Shown here piece by piece: positions 1 to 8,293 of a stretch of DNA of 46,104 nucleotides. The notes beneath the pieces were generated by a model. It was not told the DNA's origin. It did no database searches and saw only the letters and a program-made list of their open reading frames with translations. Source of the stretch: a virus (lineage: Duplodnaviria; Caudoviricetes). Positions within the stretch are counted from its first letter, which is position 1. Every line of letters starts with the position of its first letter. A program made the translations under genes and the position numbers. The stretch spans positions 1 through 46,104 of IMG/VR virus record IMGVR_UViG_3300037439_000069; one strand, 5' to 3'.

Positions 1-127
1 TTAATCTGATGGAAATTACTAACCCAGCGGCGAAGCGTCATGCGAAGATGTTGGTGTTTTCACCGCCTGGACATGGCAAGACGCATCTGCTCGGCACCGC
101 TCAGGACGACGAGCGCACATCGCCGAT
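1..127. repeat. Terminal direct repeat, copy 1 (circular assembly overlap)
   Basis: 1..127 is identical to 45978..46104. ORF 45798..45986 ends in a TGATG overlap with the ATG of the first gene, so the genes run continuously across the junction. Confidence 0.95.
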
Positions 128-1037
128 GCTGCTGCTCGACTTCGAGGGCGGGGACGAATCGCTCGCTGGGCTTGACATCGATGTAATGTCGATCAGAGCG
201 TGGGATGATTATGATGAGGCGTATGAACTCTTGTCAAGCGAAGATCACAGCACGTTTCCTGGATCAACGTTGCCAGAAGGTGGACGCTACCGGTCGGTAG
301 GACTTGATTCAACTTCAGAGACACATATTTGGGCGCTGCTTCAGATTCTTGACAAGAACAAAGCCCGTCGTAACGAACCTGATCTGATCGAACAGGGAGA
401 CTATGGTATTGCATCGACGCAAATGCGACGTTTGCTGCGCGAGTTCCGCGATCTGCCACTTCATATTTTCTATACTTCGACCTCGAAAGAGATCAAGGAA
501 CGACGTGTGGGTCAAGTCAAAGTACCGGCACTCGCAGGTCAGATGTCTGAGGAAATTGTATCATTGGTTTCAGTCGCTGGATACTTGGCCAAGGGTGTAA
601 ACGACGATGATGAGGAAGAACGTATCCTCATTTTGCAGAACTACCCGGGATTCAGGACTAAGGTTCGTACCAAGTGGTTCCGTGATGCACCTGATGAAAT
701 CATAAATCCTACAATTACATCGTTACTTGATGCTCTAGAAATTACCATGATTCCCCCGGGTACAGCGGACGAGTATGAAGAACAGTATGGCCTTAATGAT
801 CAAGAGGAGGAAACGCACGACAGCGATGGAATCCATGGGGACGTTGAGGGTAACGAACCTGTGGATAAACTTGAACAGGAAGATCATGGAATAGACTCTG
901 ATGAAGGAGTATTTACTCGGGAAAATTTGATGAAGCATAGTGCTAATGAATTGCGGGCGTTGCTCGATGATCGTGAAATCGAGCATAGTCTCGGTGACAC
1001 AAAGAGCACAATGGTTGCTCGCTTGATGGATAATTAA
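9..1037 (+). CDS. Sak4-like AAA ATPase / ssDNA-annealing recombinase with acidic linker and C-terminal HeH-like helical domain
   Basis: Walker A SPPGHGKT, LLDFEGG and a Walker B-like GLDSTSE. Lies directly upstream of an SSB-like gene and, across the junction, a few genes after a PD-(D/E)xK nuclease. Confidence 0.8.
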   Translation: MEITNPAAKRHAKMLVFSPPGHGKTHLLGTAQDDERTSPMLLLDFEGGDESLAGLDIDVMSIRAWDDYDEAYELLSSEDHSTFPGSTLPEGGRYRSVGLDSTSETHIWALLQILDKNKARRNEPDLIEQGDYGIASTQMRRLLREFRDLPLHIFYTSTSKEIKERRVGQVKVPALAGQMSEEIVSLVSVAGYLAKGVNDDDEEERILILQNYPGFRTKVRTKWFRDAPDEIINPTITSLLDALEITMIPPGTADEYEEQYGLNDQEEETHDSDGIHGDVEGNEPVDKLEQEDHGIDSDEGVFTRENLMKHSANELRALLDDREIEHSLGDTKSTMVARLMDN

Positions 1038-1048
1038 AGGAGAAAATA

Positions 1049-1570
1049 GTGGCTGGTGTAAAGATTAATTTTGCTGAAGTTGAAAGTAGCTTTGAACCGC
1101 TGCCAGAAGGACGCTATGAATGCGTCATTGAAAAGGTTGAAGTTCGGGATTCCAAGTCTTCAGACAACGATTACCTCAATTGGGAACTTAATGTCTTGGA
1201 TGATGAGTACGAAGGACGTAAGCTTTGGATGATCACGTCACTCAGTCCTAAGGCACTATTTCGTCTTAAGGATGTGTTCCTAGCACTTGGTGTTATCGAA
1301 GAAGACGAAGAACTGGACCTTGAATGGGAAGACGATGTAGACATTCAGCAGCAAGAAGGTCCACTTGTTACCAATCCTGAGCTAGAAGGCCTGGCGTGTA
1401 TTGCTGTGGTCGTCAACGAGATGTACGAAAGTCGCGAGCGTAATCGCGTAAATGAACTGCTAGATGGTAGTGGAGAAGTTCCTGAAAAGGCTCCTGCCGC
1501 GAAGAAAACGCCTGCCAAGAAGTCGGCTCCCGCACGGAAAGCTGGGACGAGGCAGCGCTCGCTCCGATGA
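1049..1570 (+). CDS. DUF669-type single-stranded DNA-binding protein
   Basis: FEPLPEGRYECVIEKVE...YEGRKLW...RNRV pattern. GTG start with AAAGGAG RBS. Follows the Sak4-like gene. Confidence 0.75.
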   Translation: MAGVKINFAEVESSFEPLPEGRYECVIEKVEVRDSKSSDNDYLNWELNVLDDEYEGRKLWMITSLSPKALFRLKDVFLALGVIEEDEELDLEWEDDVDIQQQEGPLVTNPELEGLACIAVVVNEMYESRERNRVNELLDGSGEVPEKAPAAKKTPAKKSAPARKAGTRQRSLR

Positions 1571-1950
1571 AGGTAACTAAGGAATTCACATTCCACGCTG
1601 CACACATTGATAGGGAGGCGCCCGCAGGTCACCAATGCGGGCGCCTTCACGGGCATACCTACAAGCTGGAACTCACGGTTTGCGGCATCGTTCCGAAGGG
1701 TGGATCGATGCTCATTCATGGTGACATTCTGAAAGAAGTGTACCGCGCTCAAATTGAACCGTTTGTCGAACACCAATACTTGAACGACACAATGAATTTT
1801 AATCCTACGATGGAGAACGTAGCACGTTGGTGCTTGCAGCAACTAGAAAAGTACATAAGCAACAACATAGAAACAACGAAGGTGATGTGGAGTTACAAGT
1901 GCTCCGTTCGTTTGTGGGAAACTCCGACCATGTATGCTAACTGTCCATGA
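1567..1950 (+). CDS. queD: 6-carboxy-5,6,7,8-tetrahydropterin synthase
   Basis: FTFHAAH, CGRLHGHTY, HQYLN, PTMEN and VRLWET motifs of the T-fold QueD family. Confidence 0.92.
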   Translation: MKVTKEFTFHAAHIDREAPAGHQCGRLHGHTYKLELTVCGIVPKGGSMLIHGDILKEVYRAQIEPFVEHQYLNDTMNFNPTMENVARWCLQQLEKYISNNIETTKVMWSYKCSVRLWETPTMYANCP

Positions 1951-2272
1951 CCAAATGTCTGAACAAGAATTTTTTCCAGTAGCACCTTTCGTTAACCGAT
2001 TTTACGAATTGCAACGTATGGGCGTTAATACGTCCCTTATTTGCAGGCGCTTAGAATGGGTCAAAAGTAAACCAGATCGTGTTAAACCAGCCGCAGAAAC
2101 ACAACGTTTGCTGCGCGTGCTTGGTTTAAAAACCTACAACGTAGGAACAATAAAGGGCGGTACTCGATGTAAACACATTTTTCCTCCCAATCCTAACAAA
2201 CAAGTTCGTAAACATACAGCGAAACAGTTATGTGATGCTATGGATATTCCTTATTCAGACGTTGGACTATAA
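1934..2272 (+). CDS. Hypothetical protein, possibly with a C-terminal HTH-like segment (start may be 1955)
   Basis: Fills the gap between queD and queE. C-terminus is TAKQLCDAMDIPYSDVGL. Confidence 0.55.
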   Translation: MLTVHDQMSEQEFFPVAPFVNRFYELQRMGVNTSLICRRLEWVKSKPDRVKPAAETQRLLRVLGLKTYNVGTIKGGTRCKHIFPPNPNKQVRKHTAKQLCDAMDIPYSDVGL

Positions 2273-2275
2273 TTC

Positions 2276-3046
2276 ATGATTGAAAAAACATTACCAGTTG
2301 TAGAAATATTTGGTCCTACCATTCAAGGTGAAGGGATGGAACAAGGTGTCCCTGTGCACTTTGTTCGCTTCGGGGGGTGCGATTATCGATGCGGATGGTG
2401 TGACACTCCGTACGCCGTGATCCCTGCGGAGGTTCGTGAGAACATTACGAAAATGACATCAAACGCCATTCGTCTGAGTCTTATGGTAAACGTACGAAAA
2501 AGTGCACCATGGGTCGTCTTGTCAGGTGGCAATCCCGCGTTGCTTGATCTCAGGCCCCTGATTAACGAGCTGCATCAGTATGGTTTTAAGGTGGCCGTCG
2601 AAACGCAAGGATCGTGGTACCAGGATTGGTTCTGTATGTTAGATCGGCTATGCATTTCTCCTAAGCCACCATCGGCTGGAATCACTGCGGAGCAGCAAGA
2701 TCATGCTCGCCGCATCATTCAAGAAGTGATGAACGTAGGACTTAACTCAATAACGTTCCTCAAAATTCCGATCTTCACCAAAGAAGATCTTGACTTCGCT
2801 GAGTTCACACATCTGACGTTTCACAATGTTCCAATGTACCTTACCGCTGGTAACGATGCAGGACGTACAGTAGGAGATCCCACACGCGAGGACAAGCGGG
2901 ACATTGGCGAAGTACAAACCGATTTGTGTGCTGGTTACGCTGAACTCGTAGAAGCCGTCTTGAGGCGCGAGACGCTTCGCAATTCTCGCGTCGTCGTACA
3001 AGCACAAATGCATGTTCTTGCTTGGGGGAACCAACGTGGCGTTTAA
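2276..3046 (+). CDS. queE: 7-carboxy-7-deazaguanine synthase (radical SAM)
   Basis: EIFGPTIQGEG, FVRFGGCDYRCGWCDT (CxxxCxxC), SGGNP, VETQG, ISPKPPS and QMHVLAWG. Confidence 0.95.
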   Translation: MIEKTLPVVEIFGPTIQGEGMEQGVPVHFVRFGGCDYRCGWCDTPYAVIPAEVRENITKMTSNAIRLSLMVNVRKSAPWVVLSGGNPALLDLRPLINELHQYGFKVAVETQGSWYQDWFCMLDRLCISPKPPSAGITAEQQDHARRIIQEVMNVGLNSITFLKIPIFTKEDLDFAEFTHLTFHNVPMYLTAGNDAGRTVGDPTREDKRDIGEVQTDLCAGYAELVEAVLRRETLRNSRVVVQAQMHVLAWGNQRGV

Positions 3047-3047
3047 C

Positions 3048-3269
3048 ATGGCTAACGACACAGGACCCGGTGACAAGAACACGTTCAGCGCGCGTCGTCA
3101 AGCGTGCGGGTGTTTGGGCCTTCCTGATGGTCAACATATGATAACGTGTATATATAACCTAAGCAAATCACCACCAACGTACGCTGCAAAGTGCGAGAAT
3201 TGTGGGTTCCATAGCAAAGCAGAACATGGCGTGTGTGACTTTTGCGGTAAAGAAATGGAGAAGGTATGA
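3048..3269 (+). CDS. Small Cys/His-rich putative zinc-binding protein
   Basis: CGC..H...C and CENC..CDFC motifs. Its stop overlaps the folE start (ATGA). Confidence 0.55.
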   Translation: MANDTGPGDKNTFSARRQACGCLGLPDGQHMITCIYNLSKSPPTYAAKCENCGFHSKAEHGVCDFCGKEMEKV

Positions 3270-3880
3270 CACCCGACGTATGGAATCCATATATGAATGC
3301 TGGCGATTCACAACGAATACGTACTAGCAATGTTGAAGAATCCATCCATAACATGTTGACAATGATATGTCCTGTGTCGAATCCTGGTATAGAAGAGACA
3401 CCAGATCGTGTCGCTCGTATGTGGATCAATGAGTTAACAACCGGATACGACGTTGACATCCCGTCACTGTTTCGTTTGTTTCCTGATGAGGCTTATAAGG
3501 GGATGGTGATTGTCAAGGACATCCCGGTTCGATCCGTTTGTGAACATCACTTGGTACCGATTATTGGATACGCACATCTAGGGTACTTTCCAGACGGACA
3601 CATCATCGGTTTGTCAAAGCTCGCGCGCGTTGTCGATGCGTACTCTCGTCGTCTGCAGGTGCAGGAACGGTTAACACAGCAGATACATGCAGCTATCGAC
3701 AAGTACATGGAACCGCGCGGTGCGATTGTGACAATTGAAGCAGAACACATGTGCATGACCATTCGTGGCGTGCAAGCACCCGGTACTCGAACTGTCACGT
3801 CAGAAGCTAGTGGCTTGTTTATCGAGGAAGATGGGGTCAAAGATGAATTCTTTGAATTGATAGGTAGGAACAATCACTAA
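3266..3880 (+). CDS. folE: GTP cyclohydrolase I
   Basis: ETPDRVARMW, SVCEHHLVP, GLSKLAR, RRLQVQERLT and AEHMCMTIRG. Confidence 0.96.
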   Translation: MTPDVWNPYMNAGDSQRIRTSNVEESIHNMLTMICPVSNPGIEETPDRVARMWINELTTGYDVDIPSLFRLFPDEAYKGMVIVKDIPVRSVCEHHLVPIIGYAHLGYFPDGHIIGLSKLARVVDAYSRRLQVQERLTQQIHAAIDKYMEPRGAIVTIEAEHMCMTIRGVQAPGTRTVTSEASGLFIEEDGVKDEFFELIGRNNH

Positions 3881-3890
3881 TGAAAGGTAA

Positions 3891-4637
3891 GTGATGAATC
3901 ATCCTCCACATCATCATGACGGTGCAGTAGTACTACATTCAGGAGGACAGGATAGCACAACGTGTTTGGCGTGGGCTATGCACCATTGGGGGCGTGAAAA
4001 TGTCTTTCCTCTTTCGTTTAACTATGGTCAACGTCATTTAGTTGAACTAAGTGCTGCTGTAATAACTGCTGAACGGTTAGGCGTTCGACAAAATCGTATG
4101 CTTCCAGTATCAGCATTGAATATTTTGGGAGCTGCGGCATTGACTAATCCTGATATTACGGTCAATGCTAATGCAGAAGGCACAGGCAATACATACGCCG
4201 AAGAACGTGGTTTGCCATCAACATTCATTCCCGGTCGAAACATGCTGTTCTTTACGCTTGGCATGGCGTACGCAGCGAAGCTCGGAGTACATAATTTGGT
4301 AACAGGCGTGTGCGAAACTGATCGTGCAGGTTACCCTGACTGCCGGCATGAGTTCGTCAACGCAGCGCAGCGGGCGCTCGCTCTCGCGTTGGACGACGAC
4401 AACCTCATCATTCATGCCCCATTAGTTCACAGGTCAAAGGCAGAAACATTTTTGCTAGCTGAGGATCTTGGTGTTCTCGATATGGTTATTGAAGATACAC
4501 ATACCTGTTACAACGGTAACCGATCTAATCGATTTGATTGGGGTTACGGATGTGGGGAATGTCCTGCGTGTCTTGAACGTTCGCGTGGATGGACGGAATA
4601 CGACGAGGATCTTGCTGACAAAGGTATAGTACAATGA
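3891..4637 (+). CDS. queC: 7-cyano-7-deazaguanine (preQ0) synthase
   Basis: SGGQDS PP-loop, YGQRH, PGRNM, YPDC, TCY and CGECPAC. No fused glutamine amidotransferase domain. Start may be the ATG at 3894. Confidence 0.96.
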   Translation: MMNHPPHHHDGAVVLHSGGQDSTTCLAWAMHHWGRENVFPLSFNYGQRHLVELSAAVITAERLGVRQNRMLPVSALNILGAAALTNPDITVNANAEGTGNTYAEERGLPSTFIPGRNMLFFTLGMAYAAKLGVHNLVTGVCETDRAGYPDCRHEFVNAAQRALALALDDDNLIIHAPLVHRSKAETFLLAEDLGVLDMVIEDTHTCYNGNRSNRFDWGYGCGECPACLERSRGWTEYDEDLADKGIVQ

Positions 4638-4897
4638 ACAAAACGGTACTAGAAGAAGCGGCATATATCGTTGAAACTAATCGTCAAGACATATATGGCG
4701 ACGCGGGTGTGACGGCAGAACTCTTTGCTAAAATTGCCAGCGCTGCAACAGGACTAACAATCATTCCTGAGCACCTTCCTCTTTTGATGATTTCATTGAA
4801 ACTGGCGCGCGGGAATCCGTACGAATGGAATCGTGACAAATGGGTAGATATTGCTGGATATTCGCGCGTTGCAGAACTGATTGAAAATGGTGAATAA
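4634..4897 (+). CDS. DUF6378-like small helical protein (putative nucleotide pyrophosphohydrolase-like)
   Basis: LEEA...RQDIYG...MISLKLAR...DKWVDIAGY matches the pattern I recall for the phage DUF6378 family. Confidence 0.7.
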   Translation: MNKTVLEEAAYIVETNRQDIYGDAGVTAELFAKIASAATGLTIIPEHLPLLMISLKLARGNPYEWNRDKWVDIAGYSRVAELIENGE

Positions 4898-5733
4898 TGA
4901 AGATTGCATACATTGCACCAATATCTGAATTGGAGTATACTAATCGTTCGGATTTGCATCTTGTCTTGCCTCATTTATTTAGCGAACCTTTCGGCGCTCG
5001 ATACCGACAACACTACAGACGACGCCGCTCACAAGGTGACTATTTAATCCTCGATAACGGTGCTGATGAATTTGGTTCAGCAACAATCAGGTTGCCGGCG
5101 TTGCTCGGTCACGCGCGCCGCATGCGCGCTCAAGAAGTGGTGCTACCCGATGTTCAACAGGACGGTCGAGCGACGGTGAACGCCGTGCAGGAAGCGTGTG
5201 AATGGCTCCTAACGGAAGCAGGTCGATCAGCGTATCGAAGCGCTGAGCGCCCACGTCTGATGATCGTTCCGCAGGGCAAGTCGTACGATGAATGGGTAGA
5301 TTGCTTTTCGTCCATCTTTGAATTGACACTTGGAACGGTGGCCCGCATTGATCCTGATTCAGAGTACGAAACGGAGAAAGATCCCATTGTTGTTGGTGTT
5401 GCCAAGAATCACGACAAGTTGGTCCTTGGTGGAGTCGTGCGTTTAGTACACACAATCAAGTCCAATTTGAAAACGGACATTCACATGTTAGGATGGCCTA
5501 GAAGTCCTTCTTCGATGACTCAAATTGTCAGAATGGATTGTGTTCGATCTGTTGACACGGCACGACCGTTTGTGTATGCGATGAATAGGCAAACAGTTAC
5601 ATCCGTTCATGGGCGGCATCGACCTTACCCGGGTCGTATGGACAATTACTTTCGTCGAACAATTGCACCTTCACTGCGTCCTTTGGTCCTCCGTAACATT
5701 GAATATTATGAGGATCAATTGACGCATGATTGA
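4897..5733 (+). CDS. Divergent TGT/DpdA-like TIM-barrel protein (putative 7-deazaguanine transglycosylase)
   Basis: Motif order LDNG - LPDV - VPQG - HMLG - SVDT parallels the tRNA/DNA-guanine transglycosylase motifs (DSG, D, QG, H/YxxG, D). Lies within the preQ0 operon. Confidence 0.65.
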   Translation: MKIAYIAPISELEYTNRSDLHLVLPHLFSEPFGARYRQHYRRRRSQGDYLILDNGADEFGSATIRLPALLGHARRMRAQEVVLPDVQQDGRATVNAVQEACEWLLTEAGRSAYRSAERPRLMIVPQGKSYDEWVDCFSSIFELTLGTVARIDPDSEYETEKDPIVVGVAKNHDKLVLGGVVRLVHTIKSNLKTDIHMLGWPRSPSSMTQIVRMDCVRSVDTARPFVYAMNRQTVTSVHGRHRPYPGRMDNYFRRTIAPSLRPLVLRNIEYYEDQLTHD

Positions 5734-8293
5734 AGATGCATGGTGTAACATATGTACAAAGTGTCCTTCAAACAGGCACAGTGTTGTTGATCGCAATGGT
5801 CTTGCGGGTGACACTGCTCTTGTTTTCGATTGGCCTTCTGAAATAGAAGATAGTCGAAATACATGGTTAGCAGGGAAACGCAATGGAGCGAATGATTTGT
5901 TCCGCGCGCTGCTCGAGGCTGAAGGAATTAACCTTGATGATTTGTACATGTGTTCTGCAGTTAACTGTCGACCGAATTCTAAGAAAAAAGTCATGCAAAA
6001 GAACGCGATGCTTGCGTGTCGTGAGCGTCTGGTCAGTGAGCTTAAAGAAGTTGGTATTAAACGTGTGCTATGTGTAGGTTCTTTAGGATACTCAGCATTA
6101 ATGAGTTCTAAAGGACTTGATGCAATTACGAAAGTACGTGGACGATGGTGCGAAGCGTACGGAATGAAGATTCTCGCAACTTTGCCACCTGGTTTTGTAC
6201 TTCGTTCACCTGATTACTTTCGAGATCTTGCGTACGATATTCATAAATTCTTTACTACAAATGGTCGCGACCCGTACCCTGATGTACAGCTGTGGGTACC
6301 TGAGACTGTCAAGGAAACTGATGAAGCATTTGAGTACTTGCGTGAACAAAAAACCATTTCAATCGATCTTGAGACAACTGGTTTATCCCCCATATCGAAT
6401 GCACCGTTGGCTGCGGGTTTCGGGGTGCTGCACGATGACAAGCTCAACGCGACAGTTGTGATTCTTGATGAGGGGATTCTTAGTAAAACAAAGCCATGGC
6501 GTCACATAGCGCAGCTCCTTAACGCTTCTGCGTGTGAAAAGGTGTTACATGTAGGTAAGTTCGACTTGCAATTCTTCAAAGAGCAATTCTTGCGTCACAA
6601 TTTGAAGTACGATCCGAAGAACATACATGATACGTTGCTATTGCACTACACAATTGATGAACGTCCAATAGGTCGTTTTAAGTCCCACGGATTGGAAACG
6701 CTTGCTCGCGTGCGATATGACGCGCCTGCTTATGGAATCGATGTTGCAAAGTTTCTTGAAACGTGGAAGACTGCAAGTGAATACGACAAGCGTGACATGC
6801 GCCGTAACTTGCACATATATTTAGGATTGGATTGTTACTATACAGCGCGCCTGTTTCCTGATTTGTGGAATGAAGCGTATAAAGAAGACCCGAAACTACT
6901 CGAACTTTACGAGGATTTACTCCTGCCTGCCTCATTAGCGATTGCTGAAATCGAACATCATGGGATACTTATTGATCGTGAATTTTACGAAAAGTCACGC
7001 GACAAGCTTGAGGGCAAATCTAAGCGTCTGCTGAAAAAGATCCAAAAAACAACAGGTATCATTGATTTTAACCCAAATTCACCAAAGCAAGTTAAGAAGT
7101 ATATATACGATGTTTTAAAACTTCCATTTGGTTTGGCGCAGGATAAAGATGGGAAAGTCTATCACACGGCACGCCGCGGCGGGTTGCAGGAAGGTGCGAC
7201 CGCGGCACCGGTGTTGAAGTCACTCGCGTATCGTTTTCCAGAACATAAAAAAATCATTGACGACATCTGCGAATACCGGAACCTGTCAAAGAACATCGGA
7301 ACGTACGTTAACGGGATCCTGCAACGTTGCGATACCGACGGACGTATTCGAACATCATTGAATCTTGCTGGTACATCAACAGGACGTTTGAGCTCAAGCA
7401 ATCCGAACCTGCAAAATGTACCTGATGCATCGCACACAGGCGTTGAAATTCGTGGGGGCTTTATACCGACACCAGGCAACGTTTTCATAGAAGCCGATCA
7501 CAAGCAACTCGAGGTTCGTGTCGCAGCGTGGTTGTCAGGTGACGAAGTCATGCGTGGCATCTTTGAATCTGGGCGTGACCCGCATCAGGAAATCGCGTAC
7601 TCGATTTACGGGTTACCTAAAGAACAGATCACTCATTATATGCGTTGGCTTGCAAAGAACATCCTGTTCGGATTGCTCTACGGACGCGGGTACGAAAGTG
7701 TCGCGACGGGACCCGAGCAGGAGGACATCGCAGCACGTGGCGGACGACGTTGGGGGCTCGATGAGGTCAAATCGTTTTACGACAATCTTCTCGCTGAGTG
7801 GGCTCAGTTTGCTGAATGGCAGCAAAATCAAAAGGTCATGGGGTACCGCGATGGTGAAATTGTCATGCCGACAGGACGGCGCCGGCGGTTTGGTTTCATC
7901 CCACGACACGACGCAGGATACGTTGGGCGCGCGTCCTTTAATAATCCCATTCAAGGTACGGCGTCAGACTTCACTTTGTACGCGCTCATTCGATTGCACG
8001 CGCGACTTCCTGAAGGCGCTCACCTTGTCCTCACGGTGCATGACTCCCTACTGATTGATTGTCCCAGACATTTGGTTGATGAAGTCTGCGATTTGATTCA
8101 TGAGGTCATGGAAGACGATACACTCTTCGACATCGATGTTCCCTTGTTGGCTGACATCGACATCGAGGAACGATGGGGCGAAAAGGAAGGTGCTAAACAG
8201 CACATTCCTATCGTGGAGCAGGAAGCGATTGAACGTGCTGAGAATGAGTCTAAGGTAAGAACATTGAAGACGGCAGAACCGTATTCATCATGA
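5726..8293 (+). CDS. Family A DNA polymerase with N-terminal family-4 UDG-like domain and 3'-5' exonuclease
   Basis: N-terminal CxxC...NCRP...C UDG-4-like segment. ExoI DLETTG, ExoII KFDL, ExoIII YLGLD. TGRLSSSNPNLQN, motif A DHKQLEVR, motif B KNILFGLLYG, motif C VHDS. Confidence 0.93.
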   Translation: MIEDAWCNICTKCPSNRHSVVDRNGLAGDTALVFDWPSEIEDSRNTWLAGKRNGANDLFRALLEAEGINLDDLYMCSAVNCRPNSKKKVMQKNAMLACRERLVSELKEVGIKRVLCVGSLGYSALMSSKGLDAITKVRGRWCEAYGMKILATLPPGFVLRSPDYFRDLAYDIHKFFTTNGRDPYPDVQLWVPETVKETDEAFEYLREQKTISIDLETTGLSPISNAPLAAGFGVLHDDKLNATVVILDEGILSKTKPWRHIAQLLNASACEKVLHVGKFDLQFFKEQFLRHNLKYDPKNIHDTLLLHYTIDERPIGRFKSHGLETLARVRYDAPAYGIDVAKFLETWKTASEYDKRDMRRNLHIYLGLDCYYTARLFPDLWNEAYKEDPKLLELYEDLLLPASLAIAEIEHHGILIDREFYEKSRDKLEGKSKRLLKKIQKTTGIIDFNPNSPKQVKKYIYDVLKLPFGLAQDKDGKVYHTARRGGLQEGATAAPVLKSLAYRFPEHKKIIDDICEYRNLSKNIGTYVNGILQRCDTDGRIRTSLNLAGTSTGRLSSSNPNLQNVPDASHTGVEIRGGFIPTPGNVFIEADHKQLEVRVAAWLSGDEVMRGIFESGRDPHQEIAYSIYGLPKEQITHYMRWLAKNILFGLLYGRGYESVATGPEQEDIAARGGRRWGLDEVKSFYDNLLAEWAQFAEWQQNQKVMGYRDGEIVMPTGRRRRFGFIPRHDAGYVGRASFNNPIQGTASDFTLYALIRLHARLPEGAHLVLTVHDSLLIDCPRHLVDEVCDLIHEVMEDDTLFDIDVPLLADIDIEERWGEKEGAKQHIPIVEQEAIERAENESKVRTLKTAEPYSS

